Source of the DNA: Candidatus Thorarchaeota archaeon
Lineage (GTDB): Archaea; Asgardarchaeota; Thorarchaeia; Thorarchaeales; Thorarchaeaceae
DNA: 64,000 nt
Direction of reading: 5' to 3'
NCBI GenBank assembly: GCA_048884965.1
Contig: JBHLQH010000009.1
Coordinates: 32,001-96,000 of the forward strand
Below the pieces are notes generated by a model that worked only from the letters and a program-made list of their open reading frames with translations, had not been told where the DNA came from and ran no database searches. A program made the translations under genes and the position numbers. The number at the start of each line of letters is the position of its first letter. Position 1 is the first letter of the stretch. Positions 8,683-18,463 of the stretch are shown piece by piece.

Positions 8683-10608
8683 TTATCGCAGCTTCGTTGT
8701 TTCAGTCACTGATAATGCCTTTGTATCGATATTCAAAGACTTATGAATCGTGGATGCAAGATTGATACACTTAGAGGCTTCGCCATGACAGGTCAAGATT
8801 TTCTCTGGGACTGGGTTGACTCTCTTCACGAAGTTGAGGATTTGCTTTCTATCTGAGTGACCTGAAAAGCCCTCTACAGTCTCAACCTGAAGATTGACTT
8901 GTACGACCTGAACTTTCCCTTCACGATTTCTCATTTGTGCCTCTTTCCATCCCTTCTGGATCCTTCGACCAAGAGTACCCTCTCCTTGGTATGATACGAA
9001 GCAAACAGTGTTCTTCTCATCATGTGCCAGTAGTCTGAAGTACTCAACACTAGGTCCTCCTGCAAGCATGCCTGAGGTTGCCATGATGATACACGGCTCT
9101 CCTTCGATGATCTGTTCTCGCTGATCGGGATTATCAACTTGAACGAAGATCTCATTCAAGAAGGGATTGACGCCCTGATGGAAAATCATCTCGCGTATCT
9201 TCTTACTAAGGGCTTCTGGATGAGTTGTATGAATCGCAGTGGCCTGAGCAATCATCCCTTCAAGATAGACAGGTATCTTGGGAATCCTACCCTTGGTGAC
9301 TAGGTCTTCAATGACCAGCATGATCTCCTGCGCTCTTCCGACAGCCAACACAGGAATCAAGACTTTTCCACCACGATCGATTGTTCTCTTGATGATGGTC
9401 GCGAACCGTTTCTCTACTTCCTGTCGTGGGGCCATCTTATCTGTTGGATGCCCATAGGTACTCTCAATTATCAGGGTTTCAAGTCTGGGGAATGTAAAGG
9501 TCGCAGGTTCAAGTAAGCGAGTTCTGCCAAACTTGAAATCACCAGTATATGCCAAGTTGTACTGTCCATCCCCTATGTGCAGATGGATGATTGCTGAGCC
9601 AAGGATATGCCCTGCGTTATGCAATGTGAGTCGAACATCCGGTGCGATATCTGTTACCTCTCCGTAGTTCAGTGGTATCGTATGGATGATAGCCTCCTTG
9701 ACATCACGATCCCTGTAGGGTCTGAGTTTTCCTTCTCTCTCTGCAACATCCAGATAGTCCAGCTGTAATAGCGTTGAGAGATTCAGGGTCGGGGCAGTCA
9801 TATAGACAGGTCCTCGATATCCATACTTGAAAAGGAAGGGTACCATTCCACAGTGGTCGAGGTGTGCATGGGAAATGATGACAGCGTCAAGTTCCTCAAT
9901 ATTGAACTCTGGCATATCTAACCTCGGGAATGCCTTACTTGGAGTCCCAACGTTCACTCCACAGTCTATGAGAATACTTGTTTCAGGGGTCTGTAGGAAC
10001 ATCGACTGACGTCCGACCTCTTTGAAACCTCCAAAGGCTGTCATTCGTATCCACCCATTGTCACTGATGGACTGTCGGTGGATCCTTCTTCCAATATCTC
10101 TGAATGCCTTGTTTCTCCTGGCCGCTTCTGATTGAATGATGTATCTAATCTGCTTGATGAGTTTGCTCTCTATAGGTGGAGTTCTCATCACATTCGGTCG
10201 CCAGAATGTCTGACGAGTGATCTCCCTGAGTGTGGTCCCACTTCGACCAATCACAAGCCCCGGTTTTTGAGCTTCGATGATGACCTCTCCTCTAGAGTCA
10301 TCAAAATCAATACTGCTAATTTCGGCTTCTTCAGGAACTAACTCTCTAACAGTTTTCTCAGCTTCCTCGTGAGGAAGCCTGACCTCTGGGGAAGACCTGA
10401 CAACGATTCTCTTTCTCATCTTTCGAGCTAATGCCTTTATCTTATCCCCATCATCGAGGAGAATCTTGGGGGCTTTCGAGTAGATGGCAATCTCTGGTCC
10501 TTCATATTCGACTGAGCTAATTGCAGCAGATCTAGGTAAGGCTGCTTTGACAGCCTCACGTATATCGATGTTCTCATTGTTATCATTGTTAGAAGCCATT
10601 ATTGTCAC
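8683..10608 (-). CDS. fttA: KH-domain beta-CASP ribonuclease aCPSF1 (transcription termination factor FttA)
   Basis: VEYEGPEI, KPGLVIGRSG KH motif, HAHLDH, AGHILGS, FSGHSD; downstream of psmB as conserved in archaea. Confidence 0.95.
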   Translation of the reverse strand: MTIMASNNDNNENIDIREAVKAALPRSAAISSVEYEGPEIAIYSKAPKILLDDGDKIKALARKMRKRIVVRSSPEVRLPHEEAEKTVRELVPEEAEISSIDFDDSRGEVIIEAQKPGLVIGRSGTTLREITRQTFWRPNVMRTPPIESKLIKQIRYIIQSEAARRNKAFRDIGRRIHRQSISDNGWIRMTAFGGFKEVGRQSMFLQTPETSILIDCGVNVGTPSKAFPRLDMPEFNIEELDAVIISHAHLDHCGMVPFLFKYGYRGPVYMTAPTLNLSTLLQLDYLDVAEREGKLRPYRDRDVKEAIIHTIPLNYGEVTDIAPDVRLTLHNAGHILGSAIIHLHIGDGQYNLAYTGDFKFGRTRLLEPATFTFPRLETLIIESTYGHPTDKMAPRQEVEKRFATIIKRTIDRGGKVLIPVLAVGRAQEIMLVIEDLVTKGRIPKIPVYLEGMIAQATAIHTTHPEALSKKIREMIFHQGVNPFLNEIFVQVDNPDQREQIIEGEPCIIMATSGMLAGGPSVEYFRLLAHDEKNTVCFVSYQGEGTLGRRIQKGWKEAQMRNREGKVQVVQVNLQVETVEGFSGHSDRKQILNFVKRVNPVPEKILTCHGEASKCINLASTIHKSLNIDTKALSVTETTKLR

Positions 10609-10713
10609 TTCTCATTTTGAGTCTAAAACTACTACAGCTGGCTCCTTCTGTCACTCGAACCAAACTTGGCTCAAGCTCACTACTACCTGATATTCAAAAT
10701 GATGCGAATAGAA

Positions 10714-11352
10714 TCATTCGCCCTTCCATATCTTTAGGATTGTTTCCTTGTCCACTTCTTCGTAGCCATTCTTGTCAATTATACTAACGAGAATTGAGTT
10801 ACCTGAGGCAGCATCTCGCTCAATTGCTGCAGCGACAGCGCGAACAGCAAGCTCGATCGCCTTTTTCTTTGGCAGATCGTCCTTGTACTCGGCTTCTAAG
10901 ACACCGAGTGCAATTGGTGAGCCTGACCCAGTTGAAGTGAACTTATCGGGTAGTACGGATCCGATGTAGTCAGTGTAGAACACTTGTGGACCCTCGTCAT
11001 CAAAGCCTCCCACGAGACATTGTAGCATATAGCCACCTCGTGCTTGGAACATTATGTTGCTAAGCAAACGTGTTAGTGCTTTCACCCTGATTGGTCTGTT
11101 TCGCTGAATCTCAAAGAGTTTTGATTCTGCTCTCAAGAGATCCATGATGTTCTGTGCATCTGCTACAGAACCTGCGATTGTAGCACCAATTCTGTCGGTG
11201 ATTTTGTAGATTTTCTGGGCTGTTTTGTTCGCAATCAAGAAACCCATTGTGGCTCTCTGATCGCTAGCTAGCACTACACAGTCCTTTGCAATCATGCCGA
11301 CTGTTGTTGTACCTGTTTTAAGTTCATGTTCGGATTGCATTGGATGTTCCAT
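10714..11352 (-). CDS. psmB: 20S proteasome beta subunit
   Basis: Propeptide then GTTTVG, DQRATMG, AGSVADAQ, TGSGS. Confidence 0.97.
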   Translation of the reverse strand: MEHPMQSEHELKTGTTTVGMIAKDCVVLASDQRATMGFLIANKTAQKIYKITDRIGATIAGSVADAQNIMDLLRAESKLFEIQRNRPIRVKALTRLLSNIMFQARGGYMLQCLVGGFDDEGPQVFYTDYIGSVLPDKFTSTGSGSPIALGVLEAEYKDDLPKKKAIELAVRAVAAAIERDAASGNSILVSIIDKNGYEEVDKETILKIWKGE

Positions 11353-11478
11353 TTCGAGTAACTCCCTTTAAAGAGATTGAGTCTCGGAGAACTAGTGACG
11401 GTAGTCGTGTTTTGATGAGTTGATTTAAAGGTTTCCACGTGGAACAAAATGCTCCACGTGAAATCTTGAACTACATTA

Positions 11479-12357
11479 TTAGGTTTGATTCTCTTTTGGA
11501 GGCTCAGGACGTTGCCAAGTAGTTACTAACTTGACCTCACTCGCCTTTTCAACAACCTTGAGAGCGTCAGAAGCAATACCTATCTCTGCATATTGGATAT
11601 TCTCTATGTACCTTGACTCCTTCGGAAGCTCTATTGTAATCGTCTTTCCACTAATGGAAACACTATACTCATCCTTTGGCATCGCAGGGATTCGTCTTCT
11701 AACAACAGCAAGTAGCTTCTCAATCGGGTCCGAGATGATCTCCTTGATGGCGATATCGAACACCAGAGTCTTACCTGCTAGAGGATTGTTGAAGTCCACA
11801 CGGACTGTGCGTCCTAGGCTTGCTGTTATAACACCTCTCTCTCTACCGAATGTGATCTCCTCGCCTTTGTATCCACGTGCACCTTGCTTCTGCAACTTGG
11901 CGAGAGGAATCTTCTTGATCAGATTGGGGTCTCTGGGACCTGCACCCTTCTCGGGAGGAACTTCGATGGTCTTCGAGTCTCCAACCTTCAAACCTATCAT
12001 CTCCTCTTCAAGAGCAGCTAAGAGCCAATTCCATCCGATAGCGACGAGCATAGGTTCGAACGTTCCCTTGTCTGTAGGCAAGTCGTTTGCTTTCGCGACT
12101 TCTTCCAGAGTTGTATCGAAAACCTTGCCATCATCCTTGGTCTTGCCGGTGTAATCGATGTAGACAAGACTCTGCTCACCAACGACATTTTCTGCCTTTG
12201 CCTTCTTTGCGGCGGTCGTTTTCGTTTCACCATCAGACCCAGCCTTAGCCTTCTTTGCAGGTGCTTTCTTTGCAGGGGTCTTCTTCTCAGCAGTCGTTTT
12301 CGGTTTCTTCTCTGTGGTCTTTTTCTTGGCCTTCTCGGCTGAATCCTTGCTGGACAT
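11479..12357 (-). CDS. Long-type archaeal FKBP peptidyl-prolyl isomerase with Lys/Ala-rich N-terminal extension
   Basis: IDYTGK...VFDTT...VPPEKGAG...VDFNNPLAGKTLVF plus the C-terminal domain of long archaeal FKBPs. Confidence 0.9.
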   Translation of the reverse strand: MSSKDSAEKAKKKTTEKKPKTTAEKKTPAKKAPAKKAKAGSDGETKTTAAKKAKAENVVGEQSLVYIDYTGKTKDDGKVFDTTLEEVAKANDLPTDKGTFEPMLVAIGWNWLLAALEEEMIGLKVGDSKTIEVPPEKGAGPRDPNLIKKIPLAKLQKQGARGYKGEEITFGRERGVITASLGRTVRVDFNNPLAGKTLVFDIAIKEIISDPIEKLLAVVRRRIPAMPKDEYSVSISGKTITIELPKESRYIENIQYAEIGIASDALKVVEKASEVKLVTTWQRPEPPKENQT

Positions 12358-12434
12358 GTCTAATTCCCTCTAAGGGTTCACAATCGTACTTTGCGGCCCT
12401 GCTCAGAGATGTTATAAAACGCTTTCCTTAGGTC

Positions 12435-13028
12435 CTATTTTCCTTCTAACACGCCCTTGAGAACCACTAGTTTCTCAAAGAAGAGAGATTCTTCTGCAAC
12501 AATCTCAGATCTAAGCCCATTCTCTTCCATCGTTTCTCTTAGGAACTCGATGTTCGATAGATTCGAAGCGACGAGGTAAACCCTTCCATGAGGTATCATG
12601 TGCCTTACGCATTGATCCAAGAAACTCTTGGATACCTCTACTCCTTGTATCCCACCAACTAGAGCAGGGTCCATTGAAGTTGCTTCATCATCAGCTGGCA
12701 AATAGGGCGGATTGAATGCGATTAGGGAGAATTTTGCAGATGGTGATACGGCTTGAAATAAGTCCGATTGAGCGACACTTGCTTTGAAGAAGTTGTTGTG
12801 TTTCAGAAGATTCTGATAGGTATTGACAACCGCATTGTATTGGATATCCAGAGCGACAATCCTTCTGACCGAATCGAGAAGATTCAGGGATATGTACCCA
12901 GAGCCACAACCCATGTCAAGCAAGGTATCAGCAGGGTATGCATCGATTGCGTCTTGGAGGATATATGTGTCCTCTCCTGGAGGATACACACCTTGAAGCA
13001 CATCTACGGGTCGACCGACTCCTCTCAT
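12435..13028 (-). CDS. HemK2/PrmC-like protein N5-glutamine methyltransferase
   Basis: VYPPGEDT, LDMGCGSG, FNPPYLP, FFEKL. Confidence 0.9.
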   Translation of the reverse strand: MRGVGRPVDVLQGVYPPGEDTYILQDAIDAYPADTLLDMGCGSGYISLNLLDSVRRIVALDIQYNAVVNTYQNLLKHNNFFKASVAQSDLFQAVSPSAKFSLIAFNPPYLPADDEATSMDPALVGGIQGVEVSKSFLDQCVRHMIPHGRVYLVASNLSNIEFLRETMEENGLRSEIVAEESLFFEKLVVLKGVLEGK

Positions 13029-13032
13029 CCCA

Positions 13033-13899
13033 TCATCCCCTCGGATCTGGTAGTATTCCCTCTTCGACCAACCCGAGAATCACGTCTGAGAGATATACCA
13101 AGTCTGACAGATGCAGTGATCGTAGACGAGTAGTCAGATCAATGCCACTTTCTAGTCGTTCTACTAACAGATCTAACTGAGATGGACATTTCAGGAGATT
13201 GAACCAGATTCCAAGTGCCTTCTTTAGTTGCTTGTTTGGGTATGAATAGATACCATGAACAACCCAAAAGAACACTTCCGCATTCTTGGCAAATACTCCC
13301 TCTCCTCTCTTTCGAATAGCAAGCACAGAAGAATCCACCTTGGGTCTAGGATAGAAGTGTTCTGCTTTGACATCCAGAACATGCTCGGCGGTTCCCAAGT
13401 ACTGGAAGTCTATTGATAACCTCGAGTACCCTGAGGAACCCGGATTTGCCAGAAGCCTGTCTGCGAATTCCTTCTGATACATGAGAATCGCAACCTCAAA
13501 GGAAGCCTCGTTCAGAAGTCGAAAGGTTATCTCTGATGCCACGCTGTACGGTAGATTTGCCACTATCTTAGTTACTGCTGGCAAGTCGGTAGTCAGAGCA
13601 TCATCATGAATCAGCGTCACGTTGGGTAGCTCGCTTAAGCGGTCTGATAGCACGTGTACAAGACTCTCCTCAATCTCTATCACATACAAATGATTCACTT
13701 CTTTGGCGAGAAGTTGTGATAGTATTCCCAAACCCCCACCTATCTCCAGTACGATGTCCTCTGGTACTAGATTGGCGGCATTGACAATATTCTGAGTAAC
13801 ACTCAAAGATGTGAGAAAACTCTGTCCTCTATCCTTGCTTGGTTTGATTGAATACTTTCTTAGTAACGATTGTACTTCGGACTCGTGCAGGAATCTCAC
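13033..13899 (-). CDS. rsmA: 16S rRNA adenine dimethyltransferase KsgA/Dim1
   Basis: GQSFL, LEIGGGLG, VANLPYSV, MYQKEFA, FYPRPKVDS. Start moved to GTG 13899 to avoid overlap with DUF655. Confidence 0.93.
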   Translation of the reverse strand: MRFLHESEVQSLLRKYSIKPSKDRGQSFLTSLSVTQNIVNAANLVPEDIVLEIGGGLGILSQLLAKEVNHLYVIEIEESLVHVLSDRLSELPNVTLIHDDALTTDLPAVTKIVANLPYSVASEITFRLLNEASFEVAILMYQKEFADRLLANPGSSGYSRLSIDFQYLGTAEHVLDVKAEHFYPRPKVDSSVLAIRKRGEGVFAKNAEVFFWVVHGIYSYPNKQLKKALGIWFNLLKCPSQLDLLVERLESGIDLTTRLRSLHLSDLVYLSDVILGLVEEGILPDPRG

Positions 13900-13912
13900 C
13901 CTAGTGGATCTT

Positions 13913-14518
13913 CTATCTTCTAGGAGGCCGTTCTCGTTCTTCCTCATCTCTCTTTGGCGGCCTAACGAATAACCAACGCTTGACATCCTCTTGGAGTTCG
14001 TCGATAATCCGCGCTGTCAACACTTTCTTTGGATGCTGAAGTTTGGTTCTTGCAGCAATATCATCAAAGCTCTTGAACGGTTCTCGCTTCCTTTCTTCAA
14101 GGATTGCCCACATCAATGTTTGGCCTATTCCGGGAAGCAGCTGCAATGAGTGCATCCTGGTGGTCAGAGGTTTGGCTTCATTGAAGAATTGAACGAACTT
14201 ATGTTCGAACTTGGTAACAATAATCTCTACAATCAGTGGCAGTTCCTCAGCACTCTCAGGTGCCAAGTCCTCAAAGAATATACGTCGTTTCACATGATCT
14301 ATCTTACCACGGGCATTCCTGGTAATTGGCACTCGTTCTTGGGGGTGTAGGGTCACACCTCTCATCGGCGTAAGCTCGAGCAGCGTGAAGAATGATTCAC
14401 CAATTGCTTGTACTACTGTTTCGCCTCGTGGTCGATTGTCACGTAGAAATACCTTCGGTGGAATGACTGCTAGGATGTATGCGTGCGTCTCGAATGCTCT
14501 GTTTTGAGAATCTTCCAT
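13913..14518 (-). CDS. DUF655 family RNA-binding protein
   Basis: QAIGESFFTLLE, TTRMHSLQLLPGIG HhH, ERKREPFKSFDD; conserved position between rpo4 and ksgA. Confidence 0.9.
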   Translation of the reverse strand: MEDSQNRAFETHAYILAVIPPKVFLRDNRPRGETVVQAIGESFFTLLELTPMRGVTLHPQERVPITRNARGKIDHVKRRIFFEDLAPESAEELPLIVEIIVTKFEHKFVQFFNEAKPLTTRMHSLQLLPGIGQTLMWAILEERKREPFKSFDDIAARTKLQHPKKVLTARIIDELQEDVKRWLFVRPPKRDEEERERPPRR

Positions 14519-14637
14519 TCATTTTCGCTCCTAGTTGTATCAGACCACATCAAGCATCAATAGTCATGCTAGAGATAAAAGTCAATCGGGAGGCGCATTT
14601 AGCTAGCGCCATTGGAATTTCTACGAGTTTTCAGGTA

Positions 14638-14985
14638 TCACGACCGTTTGCTTGCAATCATCTCAGTGATTTCAGTCAACTGCTCCTCAGTTAGGTCTGT
14701 TGACTTAGCATCAAGAACTGTCTTTAGCTCTTCCACATTCACTGGTGCAATATTTACTACTTGAACAGCTTGAAATCTTGTCAAGTCATAGCCCTTCATC
14801 AATCGATCAACAAGCTTGGTCGATTCAGCGGGTGGCATTCTAGAGAATGTAGATGCATGTTCAAGAGTGATAGATTGCTGAAATGAAAGCTCGCCTTCCT
14901 TTCCTCGTTTGGTGAGTAGTTTCTTCACTTGTGGGAGTGGTACTTCTTCCTCACTTACGATTTCCTTCGGCATTTTCCCCCTCAT
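14638..14985 (-). CDS. rpo4: RNA polymerase subunit Rpo4 (F)
   Basis: ELSFQQSITLEHA, AVQVVNIAP; synteny rpl21e-rpo4-DUF655. Start may be ATG 14973. Confidence 0.88.
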   Translation of the reverse strand: MRGKMPKEIVSEEEVPLPQVKKLLTKRGKEGELSFQQSITLEHASTFSRMPPAESTKLVDRLMKGYDLTRFQAVQVVNIAPVNVEELKTVLDAKSTDLTEEQLTEITEMIASKRS

Positions 14986-15278
14986 CCTTTGACTGGTCGA
15001 AGATGCTCAGGTCTAATGATAAGGGATTTTATTGCCTTTCCAAGACTGACATCTACAAGTAGGGCTCGACCTCGTCGACCTGAAACGACTCCAGTTCTGC
15101 CATGATATCGCTTGTGGGGCATTCCTTTGTGAACGGCTGAATCTATGACAATATTGACACGATCGCCTTCTTCATAGTCGATAAGGACCGCGCTCAATGA
15201 ATTAAGACCCTTATTCCTAATTCTTTTTGACATCAAGTTGCGAGTTCGTGCACGGAATCCATGACTATTCTTGACCAT
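14982..15278 (-). CDS. rpl21e: 50S ribosomal protein L21e
   Basis: SHGFRARTR, KGMPHKRYHGRTG, IRPEHL. Confidence 0.97.
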   Translation of the reverse strand: MVKNSHGFRARTRNLMSKRIRNKGLNSLSAVLIDYEEGDRVNIVIDSAVHKGMPHKRYHGRTGVVSGRRGRALLVDVSLGKAIKSLIIRPEHLRPVKG

Positions 15279-15388
15279 AACGCATCATCTTTTCGATTTG
15301 ATACCTCTGCTAAGAGAATAAGGTATACTCTATACGAGAGGCTCAGCATTTCCTCTTGGGTGGCAACTTAAAGATTATGGTGTGTTAG

Positions 15389-16741
15389 TTAAGTGTGTAC
15401 CGCCATAACATTCAGTTGTGTACACATGCATTGAGTGCCTAGAACTTGCGTCAGGGAGGGCGAGGTTCTCCCTTCGTCTCCTGATATCAGCTCCTTGATA
15501 TAGGTCCCTCCTTGAACTTTGAAGTACCCCTCTAGGGTATGCGATTCTGTCTTGGACAGACGAATATCAATCACTTGCTTCTTTCTGATCAAGTCGCTTC
15601 TTCTATGCGACACCCGATTCGGGGTTCGTTGGTCCAGTATCGCACCCTTTAGCTCTTGCATCGCTTTCTCTAGTGCATTAGCGTCTACCTCTTCTTCTGT
15701 ATGAATCAATGCTTCATACTCCTTGACGCTTTCTGACGCGCTGATTTTCAATACTTGGAGCTTGTTCCTATTGGTAATCTCAAGAGACTCGATCTCTACC
15801 TTTCCAGCTGCTGAGCTATTAATCATCTCTGTCAGAATATCTAGATCGGGATGCCGGAGTCGGGGTTCTGAAATCTCCACAACGAACGGACGACCTGACC
15901 CAAGCATAAGTACGTCGATATCCTCCCTTCCAGCAGCATGAAATTTGAACTTGGTCCCTTTCAGTGCTTCTTGAATCGGAACCGCAATGTATTCAGATAC
16001 AGAATCTTGATAGTTCCTACCCGTCCCATCGCACTCTGCACAGCCCTTCCCTCTGCATTTTCTACAATCCCATCGGCTCTGAGGAATGCCTCGCATAAGC
16101 TTTCTATATCTGCCATAGATAAAGATGGGATTGATTCTGATATCCACAGTATCCTCTCGCATACTATAGAATGTGACCACATCTGGTTTCTCAAAATCAA
16201 CTGATTTTCCTAGAATGTCAGCTAGTGTCTTGCCTAGCATTCGATTGAACTCAGACTTGAGAAGCTCAGCATCTGTAAGTCCGATTTTCCCTCGTATCTC
16301 ATCATTCAATTCTGCAAGCTCTTCAACTGGTGTGGATCCAACTAGAAATGAATCATAGTCTAGTGATTCCAACAACTTCACAACTCTCTCAGCAATGGAT
16401 GGGATTCGCTCAAAGACGCTCACACCAGCAATGGTGCAAAGATGACAATCCTCTCGCATCTCAACTCGTTGTCCATATTTCTCGCACAATGATACTGCTG
16501 GCTGGAACATCCCATTTTCAGCGAGAATCTTTAGCAGCTCTAATCCTTCAGTCGTATTCCCTGATTTGTAAATACTATCAGCAAACATGGAGAGGGTAAG
16601 TTTCAATGATTGGCCTCTTGCTTCGTTTGAAGATTCAGTACTTAGCCAGGCGAATTGGCGACCAAGACACCTATCGCATATTGGGACGAGCTCTAGGATA
16701 CTTGCTGCCTGTCTTATCAAATCTGGACCCGAGTCTTCCAT
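15389..16741 (-). CDS. pus10: tRNA pseudouridine(54/55) synthase Pus10
   Basis: CDRCLGR, GRYRKLMRGIPQ, AGREDIDV, QRTPNRV, GGTYIKELISGD. Confidence 0.95.
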   Translation of the reverse strand: MEDSGPDLIRQAASILELVPICDRCLGRQFAWLSTESSNEARGQSLKLTLSMFADSIYKSGNTTEGLELLKILAENGMFQPAVSLCEKYGQRVEMREDCHLCTIAGVSVFERIPSIAERVVKLLESLDYDSFLVGSTPVEELAELNDEIRGKIGLTDAELLKSEFNRMLGKTLADILGKSVDFEKPDVVTFYSMREDTVDIRINPIFIYGRYRKLMRGIPQSRWDCRKCRGKGCAECDGTGRNYQDSVSEYIAVPIQEALKGTKFKFHAAGREDIDVLMLGSGRPFVVEISEPRLRHPDLDILTEMINSSAAGKVEIESLEITNRNKLQVLKISASESVKEYEALIHTEEEVDANALEKAMQELKGAILDQRTPNRVSHRRSDLIRKKQVIDIRLSKTESHTLEGYFKVQGGTYIKELISGDEGRTSPSLTQVLGTQCMCTQLNVMAVHT

Positions 16742-16802
16742 TTACTTACACCATTATCGCTTCTGTCGAATGACGATTCATAAAGATGTAGCTATATGCT
16801 AT

Positions 16803-17999
16803 CTAGAAGGGGTAAAGGTAACGGATGGTCCGAAGTCCGAGAAGCAGCATCTTGGGATTCTGCAGCAAACGAGAAATAACCTTCCTCTGCATATCCATAT
16901 CCCCTTCGCGCCTTACTATCTCAAGCAATCCATATCTATTGGCCCCTTCTACGACTGTATCGATTCCCTTGTCAGAGAGTGAAGTGAGCATCTTCTGTGC
17001 GATGAACATTGCTTGTAGTTCTCGATAAAGCACAGATTTCCATTTATGATCGAACTTGTTCAGCTCGACTGTACCGTTTTCTGTGAGAAGGACCTTTGAG
17101 ATATAGGCTCCTGCTATCTGAGCCATTGCCCCTCCAACGACGATTCCCCCGCCTGTTGTAGATTTTACGATCCCTGCCGCATCCCCCAGACTAACAGCAC
17201 CTTTATGCGCCGTCCTTGTCATTGGAAGGCCAACTAGTACGACCCCTCCAAATCCCCTCTCTATCTGCATTCCCCCCAGACGATCTGCCATGACCTCATG
17301 TTTTCGCATGCATCTTTCAAGTCGCAATTTCGCATGGTCTTTTGACGCAATTCCTACCCGCGCTCGACCACCACCAAGGGGAATGAGCCAAGCGAAAAAT
17401 CCCTTTGAGATTTGACGACCATAGAACATCTCTACATAGTCTACAGGTATATCAACTCCAGAGACTTCGTATTGGTATGCAGGGTATTTGTGACTTCTTG
17501 GGACACGGGACAACCCAAGTCTTTTGGCAATATGTCCTCGTGAGCCCTCCGCATTGATTACGACTCTCGAGCGCTCGGTCACAGAGCGACCATGGCTATC
17601 GCAGTGAACGATATACTCCCCTCTCTCATAGAACACATCTCTCACTGGGCACTCGGTTCTGATTTCAGCTCCTGAACTCTGTGCCTCTCTTGCTAGCCAC
17701 TTGTCGAACTCATGCCTGTTTACGACCAAAGCCTCTCTTTTCCCTCGTTCAATCGTCAGGGTGTGATTGGAAGGTGAGAATATTCTTGCTCCTGTGATGT
17801 TATTCTGAATCACTTCTTTTGGCGTCTTTAGTCCAAGCCTGCTCAACCCTGAGCTACTGATAAGACCAGCACAATGATCAGGATACCCGATATCTCTATG
17901 CTCCTCAAGAATGAGGACCTGGTGCCCATCTCTTGCTATTCTCTGAGCAGCTATGAGGCCTGACGGACCGCCTCCAATTATGATTACATCATAGCTCAC
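16803..17999 (-). CDS. Geranylgeranyl reductase family FAD oxidoreductase
   Basis: GGGPSG, PDHCAG, FAWLIP, GDAAG...TGGGI. Confidence 0.85.
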   Translation of the reverse strand: MSYDVIIIGGGPSGLIAAQRIARDGHQVLILEEHRDIGYPDHCAGLISSSGLSRLGLKTPKEVIQNNITGARIFSPSNHTLTIERGKREALVVNRHEFDKWLAREAQSSGAEIRTECPVRDVFYERGEYIVHCDSHGRSVTERSRVVINAEGSRGHIAKRLGLSRVPRSHKYPAYQYEVSGVDIPVDYVEMFYGRQISKGFFAWLIPLGGGRARVGIASKDHAKLRLERCMRKHEVMADRLGGMQIERGFGGVVLVGLPMTRTAHKGAVSLGDAAGIVKSTTGGGIVVGGAMAQIAGAYISKVLLTENGTVELNKFDHKWKSVLYRELQAMFIAQKMLTSLSDKGIDTVVEGANRYGLLEIVRREGDMDMQRKVISRLLQNPKMLLLGLRTIRYLYPF

Positions 18000-18083
18000 T
18001 TAGGACACCTGTGAAATAGCTGTATGCTATCCTTTTTATCATTCTCCAAACAGCTTCGATGCAGAAATCAGGCGGCAAATATC

Positions 18084-18452
18084 GTGAGTGGCAGACAATT
18101 TTCATACAAGCAAGTTATCGCTGTAAGGACAGACCTAGGCATGAGTAAAGGGAAGATGGCTGTTCAGGTAGCTCATGGCGCTGTCGGTGCAGCTGAACGC
18201 GCAAGGGTGAGTAGTCAAGATATTTGGCGGTCTTGGTTGAGAGAAGGGCAAAAGAAGGTCGCAGTCAAAGTTCAATCAGAAGAAGAACTCCTCCAACTAA
18301 TGCGAGAGGCAATCGCTCACAGATTACCATACTCTCTTATTCGTGACGCTGGAATGACTGAACTACCTCCTGGAACTATGACCGTTATTGGCATTGGACC
18401 TGCAAAGTCTGATGATGTGGATAAAGTAACTGCAAACCTCAAGCTCCTATAA
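18084..18452 (+). CDS. pth2: Peptidyl-tRNA hydrolase Pth2
   Basis: YKQVIAVRTDLGMSKGKMAVQVAH, GQKKV, DAGMTELPPG; GTG start at 18084. Confidence 0.95.
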   Translation: MSGRQFSYKQVIAVRTDLGMSKGKMAVQVAHGAVGAAERARVSSQDIWRSWLREGQKKVAVKVQSEEELLQLMREAIAHRLPYSLIRDAGMTELPPGTMTVIGIGPAKSDDVDKVTANLKLL

Positions 18453-18463
18453 GAGGGATTCAT

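Noticed and set aside
16020-16075. DnaJ-like CxxCxGxG zinc-finger insert in Pus10
   Set aside because: A common feature of archaeal Pus10, not novel.
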